From assembly GCA_949292985.1 (NCBI GenBank), contig CASFBF010000011.1, positions 2,450 through 66,449 on the forward strand: a stretch of DNA of 64,000 nucleotides, written 5' to 3'. This DNA comes from an uncultured Bacillota bacterium (GTDB lineage Bacteria; Bacillota; Clostridia; Christensenellales; UBA1242). The translations under genes and the position numbers were made by a program. Shown one piece after another: positions 43,185 to 54,214 of this stretch; position 1 is the stretch's first letter; each line of letters begins with the position of its first letter. The notes beneath the pieces are model-generated. The model was not told the origin of the DNA. It saw only the letters and a program-made list of their open reading frames with translations, and made no database searches.

Positions 43185-43715
43185 TTAAACTCTTGTTAAG
43201 ATTGTTATGTCTTCATTTGCAACATCTATCACTGTTTGAATGGCTGTGATAAGATTTACTTTGACTGAAATATCATCTGCGCCTGTGGCTGAAACCAGCA
43301 CACCTTCAATTTCGGGATAAATTTCTTTAACGAGTATAGGTTCTCCCGAAACCAAAATGATTGTGCTTGTGGTGGTTGTTCCCGAAGAGGTTTCCTTTAT
43401 TTGCTCTTCTGTGGCGTAGACATATTCAAATCCGCTGCCTAGGGTTACCAGCACACTAACTTCTCCCGCACCTTTAACTTGTGATAAAACTTTTTCAAGT
43501 TTATCTTCCAAGTTTTTAGCATAAGCCTCAGCGTCAGAAGTTATCACGCTCTGCCCTTCATCTTTATTTGTCGAAGAAGAGGGAGAGCGGATAAAAAGGA
43601 AGTAACATAAAACTAAAACGAAAGCAAGTAAGATGGCCAGTCCTATTTGCAGTTTGCGGTTAGTTTTAATGTTTTCGGCAAACTTTTTAAAGCTTTCAGA
43701 AAACTTACCTTTCAA
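43185..43715 (-). CDS. spoIIIAG: stage III sporulation protein AG
   Basis: One TM helix, then GAGEVSVLVTLGSGFEYVYATEE...IEGVLVSATGADD. The likely start is TTG at 43715, 6 nt after GGAGG. The tracked ORF extends to 43745. Confidence 0.88.
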   Translation of the reverse strand: MKGKFSESFKKFAENIKTNRKLQIGLAILLAFVLVLCYFLFIRSPSSSTNKDEGQSVITSDAEAYAKNLEDKLEKVLSQVKGAGEVSVLVTLGSGFEYVYATEEQIKETSSGTTTTSTIILVSGEPILVKEIYPEIEGVLVSATGADDISVKVNLITAIQTVIDVANEDITILTRV

Positions 43716-44205
43716 AATGCACCTCCGCCTCATCGACATCTGCACGAGATAGAATTATTTGTAGTATTTCTTTCTCAATGTCTAAAATATTTGTATGTTG
43801 GGCTTGGCTAGTTATGACTAAATTCGATAGTTCGACATAAATTGCATCAACTTTAAATGCAGTCGCATAGTTGTTGCTGGAAACTGATACAACAACATTT
43901 TCATATCCGCTTTGCCTTATTTGATTGGAAATATCATTTTGTAGAGCCTCGGTTTTATAAACATTCATTTGATAAATATAATCTTCTTGCAGTTCATATT
44001 GGTCGCTTAAAGAAATATCAGAAAAACTAAAATTTTTACCAACTAAACTTGGCAAAGGCGCAATAATAACAAGCATAATGATAAAGGAAAATATGCCCCT
44101 TATATATTTATTAAGTTGTCCCTCTGGCAAAATTAGTTCAACAATTACAGAAAGACTTACCACTCCTGCGATTGATAGAACCCAGCCAGAAATTGAACTG
44201 AACAT
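43705..44205 (-). CDS. spoIIIAF: stage III sporulation protein AF
   Basis: Two N-terminal TM helices plus a soluble domain. Start is ATG 44205 after AAAGGAGGGG. Operon position is between AE and AG. Confidence 0.85.
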   Translation of the reverse strand: MFSSISGWVLSIAGVVSLSVIVELILPEGQLNKYIRGIFSFIIMLVIIAPLPSLVGKNFSFSDISLSDQYELQEDYIYQMNVYKTEALQNDISNQIRQSGYENVVVSVSSNNYATAFKVDAIYVELSNLVITSQAQHTNILDIEKEILQIILSRADVDEAEVHFER

Positions 44206-44215
44206 ATCCCCTCCT

Positions 44216-45427
44216 TTATAGAATGTTGGCACTGCACATAACAAGACCAGTTAATATTACATACATAAACGAAACTGCCACAATCATGGAAATAAGCATT
44301 GTCATATTTTTGGAAAGTGTGTTTACAAATGATGCTATTTTCCCATCTCCCAAAGGTTCAATAATTCCTGCCATAAGTTTTAAAGCAAGCATAAAAACGA
44401 TTAGTTGTAAAATAGGTGCAAGAATTGTTCCAGCCAGAAGAAGCAAACCGCAAGCGCCAACTGCATTTTTAATCAGGCTTGATGAAGCAAGAACAATATA
44501 AAAGCCATCAGAGATATATGAGCCAACAATAGGAATATAACTTTTAATAGCAAACTTTGCTGTTTTTATTGATAATCCATCTATTGACCCAGCAGTAATA
44601 CCTTGTATAGAAGCAAAGCCAATAAACACAGTAAAAATAAGCCCTATAACCCATTTAAATAGTGAGTTTAAAAATCCAATAAATTTGTCAAGTTTAACAT
44701 TGTTAGAAAGGTTGCTTACAAGTGATAACACCGTTGAAATCAAGAATAAAGGCATTAAGAAAATTGTGAAAACATTTATTATAATGCTTGCAAGTAAAGC
44801 CATCGCAGGTTGATATACCGAAACAGAAACAGTGCCACCCACTGCTGTAAGCATAGTAAGCAGTATTGGGAATATGGCGTCCATTTGGCTTTTAATAGAG
44901 CCAATTGTGTCGGAAGTTATGGTTATCATTTTCATAACTATGGTAAATATCAAAATCACCACAACGCCGTATGTTACGAAATGGATAACCGAGCCTATAC
45001 TCTTGCCATTAAGGTTAGGTTTAAGATTTTGAATCATTCCGCCTAAAATTGCCACAGCAATCACAGTTGCAATGATAGGAAGAAAAGAAAGCAAATTGTC
45101 AAATATCAAATTTAATATTGCTTCCCAAACAGAAGTGGAATCCTCAGCAAAGTCGCCATTTATTATGGAAGCAAGTTTTTCTAAAAAACTTTGACCGCCA
45201 AACAAATCATCAGCATTTTCAGAATTATTTAAAATGTCTTCAAGGTCGCTAAAATCTAAATCACCCAACTGGTCTTCAACGCTGTCTTCAATTTGGTCTT
45301 CTAAACTTTTATCGCTAGTTTCTGCATAACAAACTGAGGCGGAGGAACTTGAAGTGTTGGATAAAAATAATAATGGGGATAAAATTAAAACAAATATTGC
45401 CGTTATTATAAAAAGTGCCTTTTTCAT
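44216..45427 (-). CDS. spoIIIAE: stage III sporulation protein AE
   Basis: 403-aa protein with a signal peptide and a polytopic membrane domain of typical SpoIIIAE size, in the expected operon position. Confidence 0.9.
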   Translation of the reverse strand: MKKALFIITAIFVLILSPLLFLSNTSSSSASVCYAETSDKSLEDQIEDSVEDQLGDLDFSDLEDILNNSENADDLFGGQSFLEKLASIINGDFAEDSTSVWEAILNLIFDNLLSFLPIIATVIAVAILGGMIQNLKPNLNGKSIGSVIHFVTYGVVVILIFTIVMKMITITSDTIGSIKSQMDAIFPILLTMLTAVGGTVSVSVYQPAMALLASIIINVFTIFLMPLFLISTVLSLVSNLSNNVKLDKFIGFLNSLFKWVIGLIFTVFIGFASIQGITAGSIDGLSIKTAKFAIKSYIPIVGSYISDGFYIVLASSSLIKNAVGACGLLLLAGTILAPILQLIVFMLALKLMAGIIEPLGDGKIASFVNTLSKNMTMLISMIVAVSFMYVILTGLVMCSANIL

Positions 45428-45816
45428 GTTGGCAACAACTCCATTACTATGGTTAAGATGCTGGTTATTATTGGAAGAGCCATAACAAGAATTACAACTT
45501 TGCCACCAAGCAGAACTTTATCCCCTAAACCTGAACTGCCTGTGTCGGCACATAAACTTGCGGTGAATTCTGTTAAATATCCCACACCTATAATTTTAAA
45601 CACCAGTGAAAGTAAATTTGAATCTATGCCTGTTTGGTTTGCTATTGAACTTATAAGTTGAATTGCTGTGGAAAGTGATGAGAGAATCATAACCAAAATA
45701 ATAACCCCGCCCACCATAGAAATAAGCACGGCAAAATCACTGCGCACTGGTTTAATAATCAGCGACGCAATACATGTTATAAGACCAACGCCAATGATTT
45801 TAAAAATTATGTCCAT
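45424..45816 (-). CDS. spoIIIAD: stage III sporulation protein AD
   Basis: 130-aa 4-TM protein (KIIGVGLITCIASLIIKP...FKIIGVGYLTEF). Confidence 0.9.
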   Translation of the reverse strand: MDIIFKIIGVGLITCIASLIIKPVRSDFAVLISMVGGVIILVMILSSLSTAIQLISSIANQTGIDSNLLSLVFKIIGVGYLTEFTASLCADTGSSGLGDKVLLGGKVVILVMALPIITSILTIVMELLPT

Positions 45817-45846
45817 GCACTTCCCCTTTAAAAGTTATCTAACAAG

Positions 45847-46047
45847 TTAACCAAAATCGAACATGGTTTGTATGGTGCCAAACAATTCGCCAATCAAACT
45901 TAACACCATAATAATCACAACAATCAGTCCTGCCAAAGTGGCAAAAGTTCCTATTTCATCCTTACCTGCCTGTTTTAAAATTTGAGTAACAACTGCTGTT
46001 ATAAGACCGATTGCTGCGATTTTAAAAATAATTTCAACTCCATCCAT
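45847..46047 (-). CDS. spoIIIAC: stage III sporulation protein AC
   Basis: 66-aa 2-TM protein MDGVEIIFKIAAIGLITAVVTQILKQAGKDE. The start is at the internal Met after AGGAGGG. The tracked 125-aa ORF overlaps spoIIIAB. Confidence 0.9.
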   Translation of the reverse strand: MDGVEIIFKIAAIGLITAVVTQILKQAGKDEIGTFATLAGLIVVIIMVLSLIGELFGTIQTMFDFG

Positions 46048-46060
46048 AATCGCGGCCCTC

Positions 46061-46555
46061 CTACAACAAAATAACCATAACGAAAAGTCCAGCGATGAAG
46101 CCGAGTTTAAGTGAAAGCGAGCCATATTTTTTATTTTCGTTTGCGCACTTAGACAAGTTTTCATCAAAGCGTTTAACAAAATTTTGAATTTCCTTTGTTT
46201 GACCCAGCACATCACTTCTGCCAAGACTTTTGAAAAACAGAAAAACCATTTCTTTTTCTTCGGGTTTTAAAACTGGACAGTTTTTAAAAAGAGCCTCCTG
46301 AGTAAGTTCTTCACTTCCAGTTAAATAATCCAAAAAGTTTTTATCTAAGCCAAAAAGATTATGTTTGGTTTTTTCATCCATTCCTTCTATAAGTTTTTTA
46401 AGTCGCTCACGAGAAAAGTTAATCTCAACATCAAGTTTTTGTGCAAACATAATAAGCGCAGTGTAAAATTGCACTCGTCTTTTATATTTCATTGAGAAGA
46501 TGTATCCTATCGCAACGCAAATTCCAAACAAAATTGCTATTATCACCCACTTCAT
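46061..46555 (-). CDS. spoIIIAB: stage III sporulation protein AB
   Basis: 164-aa protein with N- and C-terminal TM helices, in the expected operon position after spoIIIAA. Confidence 0.88.
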   Translation of the reverse strand: MKWVIIAILFGICVAIGYIFSMKYKRRVQFYTALIMFAQKLDVEINFSRERLKKLIEGMDEKTKHNLFGLDKNFLDYLTGSEELTQEALFKNCPVLKPEEKEMVFLFFKSLGRSDVLGQTKEIQNFVKRFDENLSKCANENKKYGSLSLKLGFIAGLFVMVILL

Positions 46556-46556
46556 T

Positions 46557-47459
46557 TTACCACCTCATAATCCTGCTAAAATTTTCATCAAAAATTCCTT
46601 CAAGTGTTCCAGGTCCTTCACGCATTGAAAGCAGAACATATCTTTTAAAAACCTTTTCATCAATAATTTCTTTGAAAGCATTCTTTTGCAAAAAACTTTC
46701 TATGCTGTCTGAATGTGTGGAAGCCAAAATATTTACACCCGAATTGCTGGCAAATTTTACTGCCTCCAAATCTTCCCACTCGCTTAATTCGTCAGTTACA
46801 ATAATGTTTGGAGCAAGCGAACGAATACCGTTTTCAAATCCTGTTTTCTTACTTGCAAAACTTATGATGTCTGCATAATTGCCAAGCCCTTTTCCTATGT
46901 TAAGTTCCCCTCTCTCATCTAACACCAGAACATTGTAAGGCAGGTTTCTTTCAGATAGTTGCCAAACAAAATCTCTTAAAAAAGTTGTTTTGCCAGCCCC
47001 GGGGGGCGAAATAATTAAAGTGTTTAAAACGCAGTCTGGCTTTACTATGGACGAGTATGCTTTCAGCGAACAATTTCTAATTTCATGCGGAATTCTTATG
47101 TTTACAGACGAAAAACCCGTCATGGTTTTAACAAGTCCGTTTTCTTCTATCACATTTCCCGCTATGCCTATTCTTATCCCGTTTGGTGTTGCGATGTAGC
47201 CTTTTTTTATTTGTTCGTTAACTGAATAAATTGAGCACTCGCTTGCTCTAAACACAACTTCTTCAATCATGGAAGAAGTTGAAAAAATTGCTTCATTATA
47301 GTTTCTGGTTTTTCCATTTTCGCCTAAAAAATATTTTTGTCCCATGCACGACAAAAGTATAGGCTTGTCTGCCCTAAGCCTGATTTCATTTAAACTTGCA
47401 AACCCTACTTTGTTTTTAATGGGTAAAAACACTTTGTCGGGCAATATTCCATCAAGCAT
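46557..47459 (-). CDS. spoIIIAA: stage III sporulation protein AA (secretion-type ATPase)
   Basis: 300-aa protein with Walker A SPPGAGKTTFLRD and Walker B IIVTDEL. It is the first gene of the eight-gene spoIIIA operon. Confidence 0.92.
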   Translation of the reverse strand: MLDGILPDKVFLPIKNKVGFASLNEIRLRADKPILLSCMGQKYFLGENGKTRNYNEAIFSTSSMIEEVVFRASECSIYSVNEQIKKGYIATPNGIRIGIAGNVIEENGLVKTMTGFSSVNIRIPHEIRNCSLKAYSSIVKPDCVLNTLIISPPGAGKTTFLRDFVWQLSERNLPYNVLVLDERGELNIGKGLGNYADIISFASKKTGFENGIRSLAPNIIVTDELSEWEDLEAVKFASNSGVNILASTHSDSIESFLQKNAFKEIIDEKVFKRYVLLSMREGPGTLEGIFDENFSRIMRW

Positions 47460-47518
47460 ACACGCCTCCTAGATGAATATATGAGCCCGCATAAAAGCAT
47501 AATGTGGCGAAAAAAAGC

Positions 47519-47548
47519 GAAAAAAAAAGAACGCCAAATTGCGTTCTT
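47519..47548 (-). terminator. intrinsic terminator after efp
   Basis: The minus strand reads AAGAACGC-AATTTG-GCGTTCTT followed by T8-9. Confidence 0.8.
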
Positions 47549-47564
47549 ATTTTAAAAAATTAAA

Positions 47565-48128
47565 CTAGTTTTTAGCCCTTTCCATGTAACTTCCATCACG
47601 AGTGTCAACTCTAATTTTTTCACCTTGGCTGATAAACAAAGGCACGTTTAACACATATCCAGTTTCAAGTTTTGCAGGCTTTGTTGCTGCTTTTGTTGTG
47701 TCACCTTGAATAGCAGGTTCACAATCAATAACTTCAAGTTCAACAAAAGTTGGAGGATAAACTGCAAATGGATTGCCTTTGTAAAAATACATTGTTGCAT
47801 TCATGTTTTCAATCATAAAGTTGAGCGCATCTTCAACAGTGTCTTTATTAAGTGGAATTTGTTCGTAAGTTTCAGTATCCATAAAGTAGTAAAGTTCGCC
47901 ATCATTGTAAAGATAGGTCATTTCTTTCTTTTCAATAACTGCCACTTGAAATTTATCTGATGGGTTGAAAGTTGTTTCCTTAACTTGACCAGTCATAACG
48001 TTTTTAATTTTTGCTCTAACGAATGGCGAGCCTTTGCCCGGTTTAACATGCAAAAAGTCAATAACCGTATAAACTGCTCCGTCCATTTCAAATGTTGTGC
48101 CTTTTCTAAAATCTCCTGCTGTAACCAT
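47565..48128 (-). CDS. efp: elongation factor P
   Basis: 187-aa protein: [38 protein letters not shown]. Confidence 0.97.
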   Translation of the reverse strand: MVTAGDFRKGTTFEMDGAVYTVIDFLHVKPGKGSPFVRAKIKNVMTGQVKETTFNPSDKFQVAVIEKKEMTYLYNDGELYYFMDTETYEQIPLNKDTVEDALNFMIENMNATMYFYKGNPFAVYPPTFVELEVIDCEPAIQGDTTKAATKPAKLETGYVLNVPLFISQGEKIRVDTRDGSYMERAKN

Positions 48129-48169
48129 AAAAAACTCCTTAAATAATCTATAAATTTATAATATCACAT

Positions 48170-49039
48170 TTATTTTTGTTGTGCAAGTAAATTTTCGTAA
48201 ATATTTTTCATTTCCTTTGCATCTTGACTTTGATGCCCTGCTGATTCACTCAATATTCTTGGGTGTAAGTTAAGTTCAATAATCGCTTCCGCTAATGGTT
48301 CAAAGTTAGGACCATAAATTTGGTCATCGAAGTTCAAATGCCTTATCTCACCTTTTTCGGCAAACTGAATTTTTGAAAAATGGATATGTGCATTTGCTGT
48401 TCGTTCAAAACCAATAAATTCAATAGACCTATTTAAAATTTTTAAGAAATCCTGTTTTGTTTTAAGTGAACCTTGCGTTAAAGCATTTATGTGCCCAAAA
48501 TCAAAAGTAGGAATAAGGTGATTATTGCCAGCGCAAATTTGTAAAATTTCTTCGTAAGTGCCAATCTGTTGTGATTTTCCCATTGTTTCTGGGCAAAGAT
48601 AAATTCCGTCTAAAAGCCCTTGCTCTTCAAGATTATTTGCAAAATCTATTATCCTTTGTTTTGCTAACAAAAAAGCCTCTTTTCTATCCATTTTTCCAGC
48701 AGAACCAGGGTGAAATATAAGTCTGTCTGCACCAAAATTTCTTAAAAATTTGATACCGGTTACTATATAACCCATTGTTTTTCCAAGTAATATTTCGTCG
48801 GTAGAAGCAAAGTTAATGTAATAAGGAGCGTGTAACGAAAGATGAATATTATATTTTTTAAATTCTTCGCCAAGAGTTTTTGCAGTTTCAGAGTTCATTA
48901 TGTAGCCCTTACCAAAAGAATACTCAAAAGCGTCAAGTCCTTGCTCTTGAAGCCATTTTGGCGCTTGTAAAGTAGATTTAAAGTTGTTAGCATAAAATTC
49001 TTCACTGTTTCCCGAAGGACCAAATAATGCTCTTTGCAT
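48170..49039 (-). CDS. endonuclease IV family / xylose isomerase-like TIM-barrel protein
   Basis: 289-aa protein with metal-ligand contexts like Nfo: LHAPYYINF, IFHPGS, CPETMG, FDFGHINA. Confidence 0.8.
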   Translation of the reverse strand: MQRALFGPSGNSEEFYANNFKSTLQAPKWLQEQGLDAFEYSFGKGYIMNSETAKTLGEEFKKYNIHLSLHAPYYINFASTDEILLGKTMGYIVTGIKFLRNFGADRLIFHPGSAGKMDRKEAFLLAKQRIIDFANNLEEQGLLDGIYLCPETMGKSQQIGTYEEILQICAGNNHLIPTFDFGHINALTQGSLKTKQDFLKILNRSIEFIGFERTANAHIHFSKIQFAEKGEIRHLNFDDQIYGPNFEPLAEAIIELNLHPRILSESAGHQSQDAKEMKNIYENLLAQQK

Positions 49040-49050
49040 AAATTCCCCTT

Positions 49051-49890
49051 TTAATTTAATCTTAAAGTTAATTTTAAAAGTTGGTTTTTTACATTTCCAA
49101 CACCTATAAATGAATTGTTGTAAATTTTATAATTCCCATCACTTTTATAAATTTTTAAAAATTGACCGTTTAACAATTTAGCGACATCTGCATCATTTAA
49201 TGATAATTTTTCATAATCAAAAACCTTTTCAGGTGAAATTAAAGTATATTTTCCACTTTTAATTTCTTCAAGAGAAAATGCATCTTTTAATTCAAAATTA
49301 CCACATTTTGTGCGTGTTATGTCATAACACACGCCACATGTTGATAATGCTTTTGCTAAATCACGACATAATGCTCTAACATATGTGCCAGAAGAACAAT
49401 CTAATAAAAACCTAAAAGTGTTTTTATCAATTTGCTGAATAAGTTTGAAGTTATAAATAATAATTTCCTTTGGTTTAAGTATAACTTCTTTTCCCTGGCG
49501 TTTTAATTCGTATGCCTTTTTCCCATTTATCTTCTTTGCCGAATAATCAGGTGGCATCTGCGACATTTTGCCTTGAAATGATTTTAAAGCCTCTTCAACT
49601 TGTTCTATTGTTATGTTGACATCTTCCCTTTTAGTTATTTCACCTTCCAAATCAAAAGTTTCTGTCGCCTCACCGAATTTAAAAGTTGTTAAATATTGTT
49701 TATCCTTGTTTAAGAAAAAGTCAAAAAGTTTAGTGCTAGAATTTATTGTTACAGGCAATAGACCCTGCGCTTCAATGTCCAGTGTGCCAAGGTGCCCTGC
49801 TTTTTTTGCTCCCACACATTTTTTCACGATGTTTACTGCGGTGTTTGAAGAGAGTGAGCGTGGTTTATTTACTAAAATTATCCCCGTCAT
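49051..49890 (-). CDS. truB: tRNA pseudouridine(55) synthase TruB
   Basis: 279-aa protein: GIILVNKP...KAGHLGTLDIEAQGLLPV...GTYVRALCRD. Confidence 0.95.
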   Translation of the reverse strand: MTGIILVNKPRSLSSNTAVNIVKKCVGAKKAGHLGTLDIEAQGLLPVTINSSTKLFDFFLNKDKQYLTTFKFGEATETFDLEGEITKREDVNITIEQVEEALKSFQGKMSQMPPDYSAKKINGKKAYELKRQGKEVILKPKEIIIYNFKLIQQIDKNTFRFLLDCSSGTYVRALCRDLAKALSTCGVCYDITRTKCGNFELKDAFSLEEIKSGKYTLISPEKVFDYEKLSLNDADVAKLLNGQFLKIYKSDGNYKIYNNSFIGVGNVKNQLLKLTLRLN

Positions 49891-50852
49891 TTTATTTCCC
49901 TTATTGCTTCCAATATTTTTTGCTTAACGGATTTTTCGGTTCCTTTAATTTTGCAAGCAGAAGCAAGCACATGACCACCACCGTTAAATTTTTCAGCAAT
50001 TTTTGCCACATTATATGGTGCTTTTGCTCTTAGTGAGCAAGAAAAAATATTGTTTTGTTCTTGTTTAATCAAACATGATATTTTAACACCATCAATATAA
50101 ATTAGTTTATTTGCAAAATTTCCGCATTGATTTGGTTTGGCATTTGCTTGTTTAAAATCTTTGGTGTTTAAAGATGATATCGCAATGTCGCCGTCATATA
50201 TTTCAAGTTTTTCAGCCATTTTCTTTACAAGATTAAATTGGCTTAATGTTTGCGTTTTAATAAGCATATCATTTGCTTTATGGCTATCTGCCCCACATTC
50301 TATAAGTTTCAATACATTTTGCATAGTTTGTTTGTTTACGGTTTCTATTAAAAAACCATCGGTATCTGTTAAAATGCCAGCATAAAGATAGGTTGCAGTT
50401 GTTTTATCAAGATTACAATTCATTCTCTCTATTAGTTCCAAAACAACTTCACAGGCTGATGTATAAGGCAAAGTCAATTCTATTTTTGCATCGTTAAAAA
50501 GCCCCGCATGATGGTCTAGCCTTATTGTATTTGGGTGGTTTTTAAATGCACTAGCATACTTACCCAACCTGTTTATATTAGGCGTATCAACCATTATCAT
50601 TAAATCATATTCTTTCTCAATTTCAGTTGAAATTTTTGAAGTGTCAAAAAATCTTGCGTCAAGTTCGGTTATTTTACTATCTACAAACATATCAACTTTC
50701 TTTTTTTGTTTGCGAAGAAAAGTTGTAAGAGCGTACATACTTCCCAAACCATCTGGGTCATAATTTACATGAGCAAACACGGCAATAGATTTTGCCGTGT
50801 TTATTTTTTCAATAATTTTATTAAAAGTTTTATCAATTTGCGTTTTCGTCAT
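49887..50852 (-). CDS. nrnA: DHH family phosphoesterase (NrnA-like oligoribonuclease/pAp phosphatase)
   Basis: 321-aa protein: HVNYDPDGLGS, LDHHAG (DHH), and DHHA1 GGGH (FNGGGHVLAS). Confidence 0.85.
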   Translation of the reverse strand: MTKTQIDKTFNKIIEKINTAKSIAVFAHVNYDPDGLGSMYALTTFLRKQKKKVDMFVDSKITELDARFFDTSKISTEIEKEYDLMIMVDTPNINRLGKYASAFKNHPNTIRLDHHAGLFNDAKIELTLPYTSACEVVLELIERMNCNLDKTTATYLYAGILTDTDGFLIETVNKQTMQNVLKLIECGADSHKANDMLIKTQTLSQFNLVKKMAEKLEIYDGDIAISSLNTKDFKQANAKPNQCGNFANKLIYIDGVKISCLIKQEQNNIFSCSLRAKAPYNVAKIAEKFNGGGHVLASACKIKGTEKSVKQKILEAIREIK

Positions 50853-51210
50853 CTTCTGTCTCCGCTGGGATATTTAGTCCTTTTAAAATTTCTTCAACTC
50901 TAATTGCGTTTTGCATGCTTTTATCAAACACTAAATCTAGTTTTGGTATGTGTGGCATATCAAGCATTTGAGAAAGTTGATTTTTTATATACCCCTCAGA
51001 TTTTTTCAGAACTTTCATAACCTCATCGGCTTTTGAGTAATCACCATCAGTAAGCGCAATTTTTACTTTGCAATATCTAAAATCAGGTGCAACTTTCACC
51101 TCACTAACTCCTACAAACGGAGTGATGCGAGGGTCATTCATTTGGAAATGTAAAATTTGTTGAAGCGCTTTTTGAATTTGTGAGTTTGCTCTTTCAATTC
51201 TATTTGACAT
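50833..51210 (-). CDS. rbfA: ribosome-binding factor A
   Basis: 125-aa protein: RIERANSQIQKALQQIL...VSEVKVAPDFRYCKV, immediately after infB. Confidence 0.93.
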   Translation of the reverse strand: MSNRIERANSQIQKALQQILHFQMNDPRITPFVGVSEVKVAPDFRYCKVKIALTDGDYSKADEVMKVLKKSEGYIKNQLSQMLDMPHIPKLDLVFDKSMQNAIRVEEILKGLNIPAETEDDENAN

Positions 51211-51212
51211 TT

Positions 51213-53669
51213 CTACCCCCTATTGATTGGAACACTTATATAACATTCAATAGTGTCGCCTTCTTTAAAGTCGATGTTGTCTCTAAGTTTAATTCCGCAT
51301 TCGTATCCTTTTACGACTTCGGCTTTTTCGTCTTTAAGAATTTTAAGGCTTTCAACAACTGTTGAACCAATTTCTTCATTGCCACGCTTTACTTTTGCAA
51401 TGCAATTTCGTGTGATTTTTCCATCTTTAACCATACATCCTGCAACTTTACCAGCGGTTGAAAGTTTGAACACCATTCTAATTTCAGCATAGCCAATATA
51501 CTGTTCTTCGTATTTAATAGAAAGCATTCCGTTTATTGCACGAGTAACATCGTCTACAACTTCGTAAATAATTTTATACTCTTTAATTTCAACCTTTTGT
51601 CTTTCTGCCAAAAGTTTTGCTTTTGAGCCAGGTTTTATATTAAATGAAACGATTATTGCTTTTGTAGTTTCAGCAAGCACAACATCACTTTCGTTAACAG
51701 GGCCAGTTGCCGCATGAACAATATTAACTTTGGCTTCTTCATTACTAATTGGAGAAAGTGTTGAAACAAGTGCTTCTACTGAGCCTTGTGTATCGGCTTT
51801 TATAATTAAGTTAAGATTTTTTAAAGTGCCTTCGTTAACCTTATCCATAAAGTTATCAAGACTGAACCCAGAAGTAGTAAGTGCTTTTTCTTTCTTAATC
51901 TTGTCAATTCTTTCCTGAATAACCTGTTTTGAAATAGATTCTTCAAGAACATAGAATTCATCACCTGATGATGGGACTTCGTTAAATCCAAGAACTGATA
52001 TAGGTGTTGAAGGAGTGGCTTGTTTTACTGCTTTTCCATTTTCATCAAACATTGCTTTAACTTTACCATAAGTAAGGCCTGCAAGGAAACTGTCGCCCAC
52101 TTTAAGAGTTCCATTTTGAACAAGCACTGTTGCAACAGGACCTCTATTTTTATCGAGTTCTGCTTCCAAAACAACACCAGTTGCTGTTCTGTTTGGGTTG
52201 GCTTTAAGTTCTTCCATTTCAGCCACAAGCAAAATCATGCTTTTAAGTTCGTCCATTCCTTGACCTGTTTTAGCAGAAACAGGCACAACAACAGTATTTC
52301 CGCCCCACTCTTCTGGTAAAACATCATGCTCAGCAAGTTGTTGTTTAACTCTGTCAATATTTGCTTCTTGTTTGTCTATTTTATTGATTGCAACAATCAT
52401 TGGCACGCCTGCTGCTTTAATGTGGTTGATTGCTTCAATAGTTTGTGGCATGATTCCGTCATCAGCCGCCACAACCAATATAGCAATATCAGTCGCCCTA
52501 GCGCCTCGTGCTCTCATTTGTGTGAAGGCAGCGTGTCCAGGTGTGTCAATAAATGTTATCTTTTCTTTATTAAAGGTGATTTGATAAGCACCAATTTTTT
52601 GAGTTATTCCACCCGCTTCGCTGGCAACAACATTACTTTTTCTAAATGCGTCTAAAAGCGAAGTCTTTCCGTGGTCGACATGACCCATAACTGTTACAAC
52701 AGGCGGACGCTTAACAAAGTTTTTGTCGTCATCTTTATGGCTGAAATCAAAAAGTTTTTCTTCCATTGTTTTGTCAAGTTTAAGTTCAAGAGTAATTCCA
52801 AATTCACTGCAAACAAGTTCGGCTGTGTCGAAATCAATTGTAGAGTTTATTGTAGCCATAATTCCTAGTATCATAAGTTTTTTAACTATCTCTACTACTG
52901 GCTTGCCTGTTTTTTCACTTAAATCTTTTACTGTGATTTCTTTTTGATTTAAAACCAAATGCGTGATTTTTGGAGCAACAACTGTTTCGGTTTTCTTTTT
53001 ACCTTTGTTTGATAATTTTCTGTAACCCATTGTTGTTTCTTCAAAGCCGTCTTCTGACATTGTTATAACGCTTTTTCTAGTGTCAGTTCTGCGTTGTTGT
53101 GGGCGTTGCTTTTCTTCAACTATATTCTTCTTAGGTGATTTATTTTTATTGCCATAGTTTCTTTCCGGCGTTGCAATTATTGGTTCTGGTTCGCTTCCCG
53201 CAAAAGAACGGAAATTATTAACTTTGGTTGAAACAAAACTTGGGCCTTTGGAAAAACCACCCTGTTGTTTATTTTGGAAAGGTTTTTTACTATTGTCGAA
53301 ATTTTTATTAAACGGCTTTTGAGAATTAAATTGCTGATTTTTTCTATTATCTTGATTTTGTTTGTCAAAATTTGATTTGCCATCAAATTTCTTAAATTCT
53401 TTGGTCTGAGTGGTGTTTTTTGAACTTGACAAATCCTCTTGCTGTTTATTAGCAAGTGGTGTTTCTTTTATAATTTCTGGCTTAACCGCTGGTTTTTCAA
53501 CTTCCGCCTGTGCTTTTATTTCTAATGCCTTTTTAGCATTTGATGCGTTTTTTGAAAATTCATCAAGTTGAATTTTTAGCGAACGAATATCCCTGAGAAT
53601 TTCAAGGATATAGCCATCTTTCTGCATACCGTGAATGGTTTTTAAATTGTTTAGTGTGTTGTTTGCCAA
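51213..53669 (-). CDS. infB: translation initiation factor IF-2
   Basis: 818-aa protein with a low-complexity N-terminal region and G domain [28 protein letters not shown]. Confidence 0.97.
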   Translation of the reverse strand: MANNTLNNLKTIHGMQKDGYILEILRDIRSLKIQLDEFSKNASNAKKALEIKAQAEVEKPAVKPEIIKETPLANKQQEDLSSSKNTTQTKEFKKFDGKSNFDKQNQDNRKNQQFNSQKPFNKNFDNSKKPFQNKQQGGFSKGPSFVSTKVNNFRSFAGSEPEPIIATPERNYGNKNKSPKKNIVEEKQRPQQRRTDTRKSVITMSEDGFEETTMGYRKLSNKGKKKTETVVAPKITHLVLNQKEITVKDLSEKTGKPVVEIVKKLMILGIMATINSTIDFDTAELVCSEFGITLELKLDKTMEEKLFDFSHKDDDKNFVKRPPVVTVMGHVDHGKTSLLDAFRKSNVVASEAGGITQKIGAYQITFNKEKITFIDTPGHAAFTQMRARGARATDIAILVVAADDGIMPQTIEAINHIKAAGVPMIVAINKIDKQEANIDRVKQQLAEHDVLPEEWGGNTVVVPVSAKTGQGMDELKSMILLVAEMEELKANPNRTATGVVLEAELDKNRGPVATVLVQNGTLKVGDSFLAGLTYGKVKAMFDENGKAVKQATPSTPISVLGFNEVPSSGDEFYVLEESISKQVIQERIDKIKKEKALTTSGFSLDNFMDKVNEGTLKNLNLIIKADTQGSVEALVSTLSPISNEEAKVNIVHAATGPVNESDVVLAETTKAIIVSFNIKPGSKAKLLAERQKVEIKEYKIIYEVVDDVTRAINGMLSIKYEEQYIGYAEIRMVFKLSTAGKVAGCMVKDGKITRNCIAKVKRGNEEIGSTVVESLKILKDEKAEVVKGYECGIKLRDNIDFKEGDTIECYISVPINRG

Positions 53670-53685
53670 GTTTTAACTCCTTCAA

Positions 53686-53982
53686 TTACAAATATTTTTT
53701 TATTTCTTCACTTAGACCTTTATTTTTAAAAGCTATTATTTTAATATTTTTACCTATTATTTTATCAAGTCCATTTATTTCATAGCCTTCTATTCCCTTT
53801 TCACACAGTCGCATGAAAACTTTTTTGCTGGATTTACCTGCCAATTCATCTACAAGAACAAGATAAAGTTTTTTATTGTATCCATCTAAATTATCACTAC
53901 CAATAACAGCATAACCGGCTTGCATGGCTATACCAATGTATGACGACAATTTATCATTCTGCATTTTGGATAACCTCTTCAT
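53686..53982 (-). CDS. ylxQ: L7Ae/YlxQ family RNA-binding protein
   Basis: 98-aa protein (LSSYIGIAMQAGYAVIGSD) in the conserved position between ylxR and infB. Confidence 0.85.
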   Translation of the reverse strand: MKRLSKMQNDKLSSYIGIAMQAGYAVIGSDNLDGYNKKLYLVLVDELAGKSSKKVFMRLCEKGIEGYEINGLDKIIGKNIKIIAFKNKGLSEEIKKYL

Positions 53983-54214
53983 AAATTTCTTGTGGAACTT
54001 CGCATTTGAAGGCTTTGTTAAGAATTTTACCTTTCTTCATTTTTGCTAAGCATTCTGCGCTTTTGCAAACATAAGCACCTCTACCGTTTAACTTGCCTGT
54101 TTTGTCAACAGCAAACTGCCCTTCTTTGTTTTTAACAATTCTGATAAGTTCTTTTTTATCATACATGTTTCGGCAGATAATGCACATTCTTTGTGGCCGT
54201 TTTTTATTCATCAT
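53954..54214 (-). CDS. ylxR: YlxR/RnpM family (DUF448) RNA-binding protein
   Basis: 86-aa protein: RMCIICRNMYDKKELIRIV...GRGAYVC, immediately downstream of nusA. Confidence 0.92.
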   Translation of the reverse strand: MMNKKRPQRMCIICRNMYDKKELIRIVKNKEGQFAVDKTGKLNGRGAYVCKSAECLAKMKKGKILNKAFKCEVPQEIYEEVIQNAE